Made by a program: the position numbers and the translations under genes. From the NCBI RefSeq assembly GCF_964355755.1, contig NC_092676.1, positions 10,951,888 through 11,015,887 on the forward strand: DNA of 64,000 bases, read 5' to 3'. Shown piece after piece: positions 1-11,126 of this stretch. Position 1 is the stretch's first letter. Each line of letters starts with the position of its first letter. The notes beneath the pieces were generated by a model. That model was not told where the DNA came from and did not search any database. It worked only from the letters and a program-made list of their open reading frames with translations. This stretch comes from Antedon mediterranea. Lineage: Eukaryota; Animalia; Echinodermata.

Positions 1-289
1 AGAGTTAATAATTATCCCCCGACATTAAAACATTTATAATTACAAATGGCTTCAACTGTTCGTATAATGGTTTCTCCCGACAGGTAGGCTATTACCGTAA
101 TAGCAGTAGAAATACAGCAGCAATATTATGCGAAGTTTATACCGTAGGTTGTACAGAGTGACTGATATGATTTAACTGTGAAACATATAGAACACATATT
201 CCTAGTAATAAACACCAATGCAATAGTAAATTTAAATTATTAAATAAAATACAAACATCAAATATTTGTTTTGTTTCAATGTAATTGTA

Positions 290-575
290 TTTATTCTCAT
301 GGTTAATATTTTTCTTTATATTCTCATGGTTACACAATTTCTTTTAATGGTTACACAATTTCTTTATATTCTCATAGTTACTATTTTTCTTTATATTCTC
401 ATGGTTACAGTTTTTATTATTATATTCTCATGGTTAAATTATTTATTTATATTCTCATGGTTACAGTTTTTATTATTATATTCTCGTGGTTACATTATTT
501 ATTTACATTCTCATGGTTACAGTTTTTATTATTATATTCTCATGGTTATATTATTTATTTATATTCTCATGGTTT
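290..575. repeat. AT-rich minisatellite, ~28-30-bp unit with core TATATTCTCATGGTTA
   Basis: About 9-10 degenerate tandem copies of TATATTCTCATGGTTAC...; explains the low-complexity ORFs 266-652 and 430-642. Confidence 0.85.
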
Positions 576-2488
576 CCATTTTGTTTTCATTTTTTTTAAA
601 TCTTTTTTTTTATTCACATGCTCACAGTTTCTGTTTGCATAACCATGGTTAGTGTTTCACATTGGTTATAGTGTAGGCCTATTACATTACAGTTACTTTT
701 TATGATGATTTTGTTGCATTCAAAACCGTATAAACTATATTTCATATTCATCTTCCTCATAGTCTAATTCACCATAGTCTAATTCATCATCTTCAATGCC
801 ATAGTCTGGTGTGTCTTCTTTTTCTTCTTCTTCTTCTCTTGTCCTGTTTTCACACTCATCTCATTCACACTCGAACAGTTAATCCTAGAGCAAGTGACTT
901 TGGAGTCTGCCTTCTTCCTTTCCAAGCAAGGTACAGGATGTCCTGGCATATCGATAAAATTTTCGTTCGAGTTTCTTCAGTAACATCTGAAAATGAGGTT
1001 TGTATAGTATCTTCTGCAGCACCAACACACTTTGCGATTAGATTAAACAACTCATATGGCACAATTTCAGATATGTCAACATCATTAATGTCCGCTGCTC
1101 TTGGAGGCCATTCACTCTGCATACCTTTGTTTGATTTGATGGCATTATTTACTATCGTACCTGCAAGTACATTTTATAGCATTGGGTGAATGAAACATAG
1201 TAATAATAAATTTATATAAAGCATATACTGTATTGTGTACAGCATTTATGATCGACACCACTTACTATCATAACAGTTTTGTTTTTTGAGTGCATACAGC
1301 TTTCACCTCTTTGATCCACAGCATTTCCTTAATTATGCAATAACATTTATTGTTGTTATTTAAAAATAAACCAATATATACAAGTTATTGTATTTTAACC
1401 GTACCTGCAAAATATAGAGTCCTTAGTTTGTCTCTATTGTCACCATCAGTGGAGATTTCGTGTGTTGTAGAAGTAGTTGGAATATCTATGTCATACTTTG
1501 ATGATTCATCTGTCTCCGTTGTACTTTTTCCTGATGACAAAAATGGATCAGCCACAAATCCTGGGGATACATTGCTAAAGTACACCAGAACTGATTCATT
1601 TCTAATTAAGAAAAAATAAATAAAATATTTAGTTTGACCAATCCACAAAAAGATTTTTTTTTTTAAATTATCCCTGGTGAAATAATCATTTAATATAAAC
1701 ACACTAAGCAACTAACCTTCTTGTGGGTGAATGAAAAATTAGGTTAGGATAATCCATCCTGAGCTTCTTCTTCAACACGTCTGATCTATAAATAACACAT
1801 TAATTGATTATAATTAATTGTAACACAGATAAAATGAAGAAATTATTACAGTAACTGGATCTCAAAAATATTACAAAATTATTTCATCGTTTTTAAGAAG
1901 GGATTGACAGCCTACCTTATAGTTGACAAGTAAACTTTTTCTGTTTTTTTCAATTGATTTCATGAAAAGCTTTTGGAGTTTTGCGAGTCTTAGTATCTCC
2001 TGTCCATACTGTAACCGTTTATCAATTACATCTCTGCAAAATACCTTATAGCTTTGCTTATATGTTAAAAAAACACTTTCCAATTCCCTGTAAATAATAA
2101 TAAATACTGTATTATTAAAATATATTTTAATATTTTATAGATTTTGGTGTTTAAAAATTCAACATTTAGACTGAAGCAAATAAAAAAAAAATTTAAAATG
2201 TAAATTTAAAAAACCAACAGAGTTTTAGAAAGTTACGTTTTACTCACTTTCCAGAATCATGTCGTTTACGTGAATTAACAACTATTTTGGTGTAGTTTTT
2301 GTAACATTGGTCATGATATCGCACTTCAATACAAGCACAGCTTTTGCCTCGAATGTCTTTTAAAATACTTTCGTCCTCTCTCATTTCTGCAGCTTTTCGC
2401 AACATTCCTGTCATAAATCAAATCAACAAAAGCAATAGTGTGTAATTCCTAAATGATTGAAATGATATTTTGTTATGCATAACTACAG

Positions 2489-2517
2489 CATGGAGATATA
2501 AAATGTATAGCTCCATG
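2489..2517. other. Degenerate P-element-like excision footprint (CATGGAGATATAAAATGTATAGCTCCATG)
   Basis: 29-bp imperfect palindrome with CATGGAG..CTCCATG ends; flanks ACTACAG/ATTACAC match at 5 of 7 positions. Confidence 0.5.
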
Positions 2518-3115
2518 ATTACACTATATAGCAAAGGTTCACATGGAAGAAATGTCCTGGAACACCTCATTATGCTGTACAGTAGGAAGGTTTTCTAATT
2601 GGATTACATCAGTTGAGCCTGCAAAACTCATTATAGGATGGGGATTAGAAAGCAGATTGATTAATTAACCATATGTTTACAAATTTCAAGGATAGGAGAA
2701 ACAACAATAACAAGTGAATTTTTTTTCTTCAAATAATTACCTGCATCATCTGTTAAAGCCTTTCTTAATTTATCATGACCTCTTTTGCCTTGGATCGTCA
2801 CTAATTTGTCTTGCAATTTACAAATGATACATTTCTTTGGCAAAATTGTGGCTTTTTGAACCATTGCTGTGGCTGAACTACTTCTCAAAAAATGCTTGGC
2901 CCTCTTAACTGGTGGCTCATATGGGCTCTCACTGTCTCCTGCTTGGGATCTCTTTTTGGCAACTCTTGTTTCAGCCTAAACATCAATTTCAACGTATAAT
3001 TAATTTATACAGCATTTTATTTTGTCTTATATAGAGCCTATATTGGTATTTAACTAAAATTAATTTTGTAGCCTACTGAATAATATATACTGTATAATAT
3101 AATATGGCCTAGGCC

Positions 3116-5189
3116 GGAGTATGGTCGAAGCGGCCGCCAAGCAAAGCGGCCGCCAGTTTAATATCGTCATTTATATGGAACGCCATGTGCGCTTTAATCT
3201 TTGATTGTCGTTGTCAACACCATGGCCTATGGCAGCTGTATGTATGGTCAAACCAATAAATATAAGCCAAATCATGAACTATCGAATCTTTATATTTCTA
3301 TAAAAATTAATGTATATTTTATTTGTATTTTAATACTGTTAACTAACTAAATATATTTACATATACCATCGAATCATTAATAATTTACGTTTGTATCATA
3401 ATCTACGTACTATTGAACCTTTATATCTCATTTACTATTTATTTATTTATATCTCTTTTTTTTAATATTGGCAGTGAAGGGAAAAAATAACGTTGAACTA
3501 ACCCGACGTTTCTCGGGCACTCTCCTATCGAATCTTTATACATACGTATTGCATTAATAATTTACGTACGGTATTGCCGAATCTTTATATCTCATTTACA
3601 TACTATCGAAACTTTATACTGTACAGTATTGCAATAATTTACGTACGGTATTGCCGAATCTTTATATCTCGTTTACATACTATCGAATCTTCATACAGTA
3701 TTGCAATAATTTACGTACGGTATTGCCGAATCTTTATATCTCGTTTACTTTACTATCGAATCTTCATACAGTATTGCAATAATTTACGTACGGTATTGCC
3801 GAATCTTTATATCTCATTTACATACTATCGAATCTTCATACAGTATTGCAATAATAATTTACGTACGGTATTGCCGAATCTTTATATCTCGTTTACTTTA
3901 CTATCGAATCTTCATACAGTATTGCAATAATGATTTACGTACGGTATTGCCGAATCTTTATATCTCGTTTACTTTACTATCGAATCTTCATACAGTATTG
4001 CAATAATTTACGTACGGTATTGCCGAATATTTATATCTCGTTCACTTTACTATCGAATCTTCATACAGTATTGCAATAATAATTTACGTACGGTATTGCC
4101 GAATCTTTAAATCTCGTTTACTTTACTATCGAATCTTTATACAGTATTGCAATACTAATTTACGTACGGTATTGCCGAATCTTTATATCTCGTTTACTTT
4201 ACTATCGAATCTTCATACAGTATTGCAATAAAAATTTACGTACGGTATTGCCGAATCTTTATATCTCGTTTACTTTACTATCGAATCTTTATACAGTATT
4301 GCAATACCAATTTACGTACGGTATTGCCAAATCTTTATATCTCATTTAGGCCTACATACTATCGAATCTTCATACAGTATTGCAATAATAATTAACGTAC
4401 GGTATTGCCGAATCTTTATATCTCATTTACAATGTGTACTATCGAATCTTGTTTTTTTATTGATTAGTAATAGGGTGTGTTATACATTAAGTGTTATTCC
4501 ATTGTAATACATTGTTTGTGTTTTCAATAAAGCAACATGGGGACGAAAACGCGACCTTCTACAGCCGGCCGTGTAGTTATTAGCAGAAATTCGCGTAATT
4601 AATTACCGTACCGTACAGACACTTGCATCTTATTTTAGTATTTAAAACTCATTTTAAATTGATCAATATTTAGATATCTGAAGGTATAAAATAATTTAGG
4701 ATATTAAATAAATGAATTGATGTCATCATGTTATTGTAATTATTATGATTGCGAACACTACTACAGTAGTTACTTTACTAATTAATTAATATACAATAAC
4801 AAATATATATATTTTGATATAATTTATTGAAAATATATATACATTATTCTTAATAATTGGCTTATTATATATTATATTAATATACAATACAAACACCACA
4901 ATGTATTTTATTGACTTTATTAAACATATCATTTAGAACAGTTAAAGTAAGTAATCATCGATTCGCCATTTCGTTTAAAAGAACGTATCACATTCAATCT
5001 GTAAAAAAAGAGAATAAATTACATAATAATTTAGATTGTTATTTACGTCCGAGGTAAAGAAAACCTGTCGAAACAATGACAATCAAAGATTACAAAACAA
5101 CGACAATCAAAGCGCACACGGCGTTCCATACAAATTACCGTTATTGAACTAGCGGCCGCTTTGGTTGGCGGCCGCTTCGACCGTAATCC
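3116..5189. mobile_element. 2,074-bp non-autonomous TIR DNA transposon (GG..CC termini, 8-bp TSD; Merlin- or MULE-like), copy 1
   Basis: TIRs GGAGTATGGTCGAAGCGGCCGCCAAGCAAAGCGGCCGC / GCGGCCGCTTTGGTTGGCGGCCGCTTCGACCGTAATCC; TSD CCTAGGCC (3108-3115, 5190-5197). Near-identical to 13605-15678. Sits in intron 1 of the Academ transposase. Confidence 0.93.
3559..4450. repeat. Internal minisatellite, 72-77-bp unit x ~12
   Basis: Unit AATTTACGTACGGTATTGCCGAATCTTTATATCTCGTTTACTTTACTATCGAATCTTCATACAGTATTGCAAT. Confidence 0.95.
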
Positions 5190-5662
5190 CCTAGGCCTAG
5201 GGCCTAGGCCTACGTAGTAGTACTGGTACTAGTAGAAAGCCCAATCAACAACCAAGCACAGAAACTAAGGGCACAATATAGATCTATAAGTAAGTGCAGT
5301 AGCACCCTATATACTGTATCATTTAACTATATAGTTAACTCTTAGAGTATTCTGATAATAATAAACCAAATATTACCTTTTTTAGTCGAGATGTATCAGT
5401 ATATCGCCTGTAACAGGTAGCATGAAAACCTAAGCCTGGATGCTCGCGTACGACATCGTCAAACGATTTACCTTCATCAGACATACCAAGCTCCGTCAAA
5501 TGTATGGCGATTTCCTTGCCGTCTCCATCTAATTTTATCCAACTCTTTGAACAGAGCAACACTTTATTCCATCGAATCTCAGTAATTGGACTGATAATTT
5601 CATTTGAATTAATTGAATGCTTGTAAATTTGGAAAAAACATTTCAACTTTACTTTGTCTGAG

Positions 5663-5689
5663 CATGGAGGTATAAAAAAGACCTCCATG
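5663..5689. other. P-element-like excision footprint with 7-bp TSD, frameshifting Academ exon 1
   Basis: GTCTGAG-CATGGAGGTATAAAAAAGACCTCCATG-GTCTGAG; deleting 34 bp restores the frame MASDEERSSRSDKVKLKCFFQ. Confidence 0.85.
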
Positions 5690-5995
5690 GTCTGAGCGAG
5701 AAGATCTTTCCTCGTCGGACGCCATTTCGTGTTTACATCGTGCTGATTTTGACGTCTGCTGCCTAAACGTCGCGTATGATTGGTTTAACTGATGTCATGT
5801 GATACAAAATGGCAACTGCGAAAATATATTCTTTTATACTTTTAAAATCAAGATTTCTTTAAAATGTCAGGAAAATTTTCGTGGAACTTTTTAATACGTG
5901 ATTAATTTATTTTTATGTATATGAATCAAGAGAGTTCACTTATTATGCTTAATGAGGAACAAGAAAAAATGTTTTCATCTTCACCGTAAGGCCTA

Positions 5996-6788
5996 TTAAT
6001 GAAGTCGAGCTTTTAGTCGAGTTGCACACGTCTGGGTAACAAAGGCTATACATTGGCCAATGACAAGAGAGTATTTGAGGAGCAGACGAAATTTTGCGCA
6101 TTGATATCACTTTCCATTTCTTACAACACTTTTTACGCATCAGGACTATATACATGAAAAACAATTTTAATCGTTAATTATTAGAACAATATCAGTATTA
6201 ATTTAACAGTGAAGTATATTTGATTAACAACAAATAAAATCTTAAAAATATATTTAGGAACCATGGCGGTACGGTAACTTTTAAATTTTCTAGGCCCCCA
6301 ACAAAGTATGATCGCCACGAACCACGCACTTCATAGCGTGACAAGAAAGCGCTAGGCCCCCTAAACATTCCATCGCGTGGTGAATTGCCGCATCTCCCAT
6401 TGTCGCTATGGCGTGTGACGTGGCTCAAGTCGGACTTGCGTGAAGAAAATAATGTAATTTGTATACAGTTGTAAATAAAGATGATTTTCATTATTATAAT
6501 TTATACCAATGTATATTTAATTAAGCTAATATAAATATAGATATTTCATTCTTCAATATCTGGCCAATTTAACAACTCAATGACTGTTACGTTTTTTTAT
6601 AAACATCGTTTAAAAACCATTTAGTCGACCATTTAGTCTGCCCCCTCCAGGACTAAAAAAATCGATCAAAATCCGTCTCGATTTAGTCGAGGTTGGCCTG
6701 ATTTAGTTGGCGATTTAGTTGAAGTTCGGTTTATGAATTAAAATGACGTCATTTTTAAAGTTTTAGGTCGAACTACGACTGAAGTCCC
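5996..6788 (+). mobile_element. MITE copy A (partial; uninterrupted paralog of 7686-16454)
   Basis: Colinear and highly similar to 7808-8295 + 10090-10255 + 16299-16437; provides the empty sites for two insertions. Confidence 0.88.
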
Positions 6789-8295
6789 TACACAATCCCA
6801 TGTTGTAGGTTTGAATGTAATATTCTTCATTATTCTACTAATCCGCCGAATAATTACCAGCTTATCGTTGGTACAGAATCTTAATTATAATTACGGCTAC
6901 TGTTTGACTTGATTTGATTTTGTTTAATATGGATTTCCTAATTTGTAATCAAAAAGTATGTTATGCATTTTAATTTTACTTTGCAGTGCTTACATCAGTG
7001 TACATGAAGGATACTGTACCTTGTACAAGTAACATTTTATCATCGTATTCGGGATTGTCAACGTTGGACCACATGAGTCTATTTCCAGTTTATTGATCAG
7101 TATAGTAGTAAAGTAATTGTTATAAAATGTTACAAGCCTTAAAAGTTTGTCCCCGTATAGCTTTATATTAGTTTTTGATTTTTGTTTACGGTATGTTTTA
7201 ATAAAAATCCTACAATTAAATACGTGTTAATGTAAAGCCCAAGAAGTAATTTATAATTCTTCCATAAGCTTCCTAATTTCATGTATGTACACAGTCTAGG
7301 TACGTAAAAGCGTCACATTTTATATCTTATTTGTTTTGTGTATTTGCATTGTATTTCAGTAAAAAAAACGCTACTACTGTAAAAGGAAACATTTTTTTAC
7401 TGTGAAGTAATTAATTGAAATAATATTAATATTTAAATATTTGCATATTACAGACGTACCACCGTTTTCAAAATTCAAAATGTTCTAGCAATACTTTCAA
7501 ATTCGTAAATTAATAACAGTGGACTTGCCTTTTGAACTTCAGATTACGGATGGTATACAAACTTGCAAGAATTTAAAATATAGTGTAAAATATTCTGTAT
7601 TTATTTGTGTTGCAATGAATTTTACTGACTGCATACATAATGTAATGTTAAACTTAATTTCAATTAACTCCCTGCATGAGACTAACGCCCGTATTCTTAA
7701 ACCGGACTTTAGTCGTAGTTCGAAGTTCGACTTGAAAAAGTCGTAGTTCGAGCTATTACTTCAAATTCGATTAAAAAAACGAAGTAGTCGAAGTTTGCAG
7801 TTCGACTTAATGAAGTCGAGCTTTTAGTCGAGTTGCACACGTCTGGGTAACAAAGGCTATACATTGGCCAATGACAAGAGAGTATTTGAGGAGCAGACGA
7901 AATTTTGCGCATTGATATCACTTTCCATTTCTTACAACACTTTTTACGCATCAGGACTATATACATGAAAAATAATTTTAATCGTTAATTATTAGAACAA
8001 GATCAGTATTAATTTAACAGTGAAGTATATTTGATTAACAACAAATAAAATCTTCAAAATATATTTAGGAACCATGGCGGTACGGTAACTTTTATATTTT
8101 CTAGGCCCCCAACAAAGTATGATCGCCACGAACCACGCACTTCATAGCGTGACAAGAAAGCGCTAGGCCCCCTAAACATTCCATCGCGTGGTGAATTGCC
8201 GCATCTCCCATTGTCGCTATGGCGTGACGTACTGTAGCTCAAGTCGGACTTTGCGCGAAGAAAATAATGTAATTTGTATACAGTTGTAAATAAAG

Positions 8296-10079
8296 GGGTG
8301 TGTAGAAAGCGACGACCTCGAATTGGACGACCCCAACGACCCGGGCGACCTCGAATTAAACGACCTCGAATTGAACGACCCATAAACACAAAACCGACGA
8401 CCCCTATAGCCTAGCCTAGCCTAGGCCTAAGTGTGGTATAACATCCCAAAGCCGAACATAGCCAAAGATCTTTAAACTATACCTTATTTTATAATACTCG
8501 CAAGCAAGTAATTGATTGAAAAAATACAGAAATATCGCCATTTGATACTGATTGTGTCGTCGACACGAACAAACGAAAAGATATGGAACGCCAAGAGTGC
8601 ATCATTAAAACTGCATTCGACATATTAAAAATAAATTAAAAAGAAATAAATATTATACAATACATGGTTAAACCATGGACGTATAATTACATCTCGTCTT
8701 CTTATAACGAACACTATAGGCCTACCAAGCAGCGTAACATGTGCATGGGGGGATGACCGGTTGGGCCGCCGACAAGTTGAGCCGCCGGTAATCTCTATGA
8801 AACGGCCAGTGCGTCTTTTACGACATTTCGCGTAGTGATAGAGTCATGGTGTCCTAGTAGGCCCTACATAAGTTCATGGTCTTTAGGTTTATTGTGTCAT
8901 GAAAATAAATAATAATTACATACTACAATTTTGTTGGTTTGAAACAGCAAAGGAAAGTAGTCATATTTAATAATTTAATTGTTTTTAATCTTTCAAGGTA
9001 AAAATGCAGTGCACTCCATAATATTTTTCTCGCGTGTATGCCTACCACGTAAAATCACGTTGTCTCTCAGGACTAATAGAGTATTGATATTCTTCGAATG
9101 AGGTTAAATAATTATTATTTTTTATTTACTATCTTTTAATATCATATTTTATTGAATTTTACAATGTTAATACACAAAATATTTTACTAAAAAACGGTGA
9201 TTTTATGCAATTATTGTACTTCAACTTCCGCCTGAGGGGGCAACATGTTTACGTCATTTTTGGCTAAAAACGATCATTTTCGGTCATGTTTTAGGCCTTA
9301 TATTTTGGAATCTACAAGTCAGATATTCATAATTATTTCTCTTTAATTATAATATTTAATAATATATACTAAAAACCGTGATATATAAACTTTGGAATAT
9401 ACATCGTTATATCTAATAATTAATATAAATAGAACTTCTATTAAATAGAAACGAGCACCGGCGAAAGTAAGCATTTGGCGTTTCATAGAAAATAACGTTT
9501 TTCTGGCGGCGCCTCAACTTGTCGGCGGCTCAACTTGGCCTAATCCTGCATGGGGAGGGCCATAAGAAAGCTTTACATTTCACACATGCATTGTAGGCCT
9601 ATACGGTCAAACCATGGAGGTATAAAAATATTTTTATACCTCCATGGTCAAACCATGGAGCTGGTCAAACCATGGAGTACCTCCATGGTCAAACCTTACC
9701 TGCCGCTGAAAAAGGGGCCTGGTTTGCCATGTTTATGATATTTCGTGTGCTAATCGAGTCGAATGCAGTTTTAATGATGCACTCTTGGCGTTCCATATCT
9801 GTTCGTTTGTTCGTGTCGACACATTCAGTATCAAATGGCGATATTTCTGTATTTTTTCAATCAATTGCTTGCTTGCGAGTATTATATAAGGTATGGTTTA
9901 AAGATCTTTGGTTATGTTCGGCTTCGGGATGTTATACCATACTTAGGCCTAGGCTAGGCTAGGCTATTATAGGGGTCGTCGGTTTCGTGTTATGGGTCGT
10001 CCAATTCTAGGTCGTCCAATTCGAGGTCGCCCGGGTCGTTGGGGTCGTCCAATTCGAGGTCGTCGCTTTCTACACACCC
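8296..10079. mobile_element. 1,784-bp MULE-like foldback element with ~330-bp TIRs and 10-bp TSD
   Basis: Ends GGGTGTGTAGAAAGCGACGACC / GGTCGTCGCTTTCTACACACCC. TSD GTAAATAAAG (8286-8295, 10080-10089) is present once at the empty site 6471-6480. Subterminal CGACCTCGAATT repeats. Confidence 0.9.
9606..9694. other. Three stacked P-element-like footprints separated by four GTCAAAC copies
   Basis: GTCAAAC-[34-bp perfect 17+17 palindrome 9613-9646]-GTCAAAC-[CATGGAGCTG]-GTCAAAC-[CATGGAGTACCTCCATG]-GTCAAAC. Confidence 0.85.
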
Positions 10080-10987
10080 GTAAATAAAGATGATTTTCAT
10101 TATTATAACTTATACCAATGTATATTTAATTAAGCTAATATAAATATAGATATTTCATTCTTTAATATCTGGCCAATAACAACTCAATGACTGTTACGTT
10201 TTTTATAAACATCGTTTAAAAACCATTTAATCGACCATTTAGCCTGCCCCCTCCATAGTCCAGTCCCTAAGGGGAGAAAAAGGGGTGGGATGTTACCAGA
10301 CTGGATACAAATTTTTCAATATAGCAGTTTGGTAGAGTATAGTGTGGAGATGCCAAAACAGAGTTACTGGAAATCTGATTTGACCTCTGTGACCTCTGAC
10401 CTCAATTTTTATATTTTTCTATTATATAACTAAAAATCGCCATATCTTGACAACGCAGGGACATTTTACATTTATTTTTTTTCAAAATGCTTGGAAGATA
10501 TATATTTATATTCGCTATAATGAAAAAAAATTGTACAAAAATGGCCGCAAAGGCTTTATTTTTCAGTTTGACCTTTGACCTTGATTGCCTAATATCTCAA
10601 TAACACGCAATCTCAGAGATTTGAGAATGGGCTCAAAATGTTAAGAAAATAAATCTAATATTTAGTCTAATAGAAACTTTTTTCAAAAAATTACCATAAA
10701 TTAAGCTTTTTTGACCCTTGACCTCTAATGTTTGAATATGTCAATATCTCGGTAACTATTTGTCCTAAAAAGTTCAGTTTGGTGTCAAATTGTTTAGAAT
10801 ATACACATTTATATTTGCTCTAACAAAATATTTTGTCAGAATTCAATTGTAAATGTCATTTTGAGCTATGACCCATCGTTTTGCATATATTTAGCAATTT
10901 ATAATCTATAAAAAGAGATCGAGAGAGGGGAGGGGGTTGGGGTGGATGGAGAGACACATATTTTTGTTACATGTTACACAAATGTTA

Positions 10988-11126
10988 AACTCTGTCTACA
11001 CTATAACATTTTTATGTGACAAAAAAATGTGATGTGCCCATATATGGACACGATGAATGACATATCACTACCATATTTGGGCACATCACACCTTTTTTGT
11101 TAAACTAGTTTATAGTGTAGACAAAC
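10988..11126. mobile_element. Small Harbinger-like MITE remnant
   Basis: Inverted ends TGTCTACACTATAA / TTATAGTGTAGACA and inner TGTGATGTGCCCA / TGGGCACATCACA. Confidence 0.6.

Larger units (their letters stand above)
735..5725 (-). pseudogene. Spliced Academ-type (AcademX-like) DNA transposase pseudogene, 7 exons, internally deleted
   Basis: Minus-strand GT-AG exons: 5725-5377, 2975-2741, 2407-2248, 2087-1916, 1785-1717, 1601-1405, 1160-~870. Phases match after removing a 34-bp insertion in exon 1 and one base in an A-run of exon 4. Motifs FHATCYRRYT, CIIC, EVRYHDQCYKNYT, WPP, ILSICQDI..GRRQTPKSLALGLTVR are typical of the N-terminal half of Academ transposases. The sequence then jumps to a C-terminal ..ECEN plus acidic tail (EEEEEKEDTPDYGIEDDELDY..) with TAG at 735-737. 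Confidence 0.75.
735..5995 (-). mobile_element. Academ-like DNA transposon carrying the transposase pseudogene; right terminus ..AAGGCCTA at 5995, left terminus not found
   Basis: Homology to the MITE paralog (7808 onward) starts abruptly at 5996, directly after CTA. TAG..CTA termini are characteristic of Academ. The left coordinate is only the end of the coding remnant. Confidence 0.6.

Noticed and set aside
266-652. Hydrophobic, membrane-protein-like ORFs
   Set aside because: Products of a T-rich minisatellite.
3574-3930. 118-aa ORF duplicated at 14063-14419
   Set aside because: Translation of the 72-77-bp minisatellite inside a non-coding transposon.
8666-8690. GTTAAAC-CATGGACGTATAATT as another P-like footprint
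   Set aside because: Only one arm is present and there is no second TSD copy; suggestive but unsupported.
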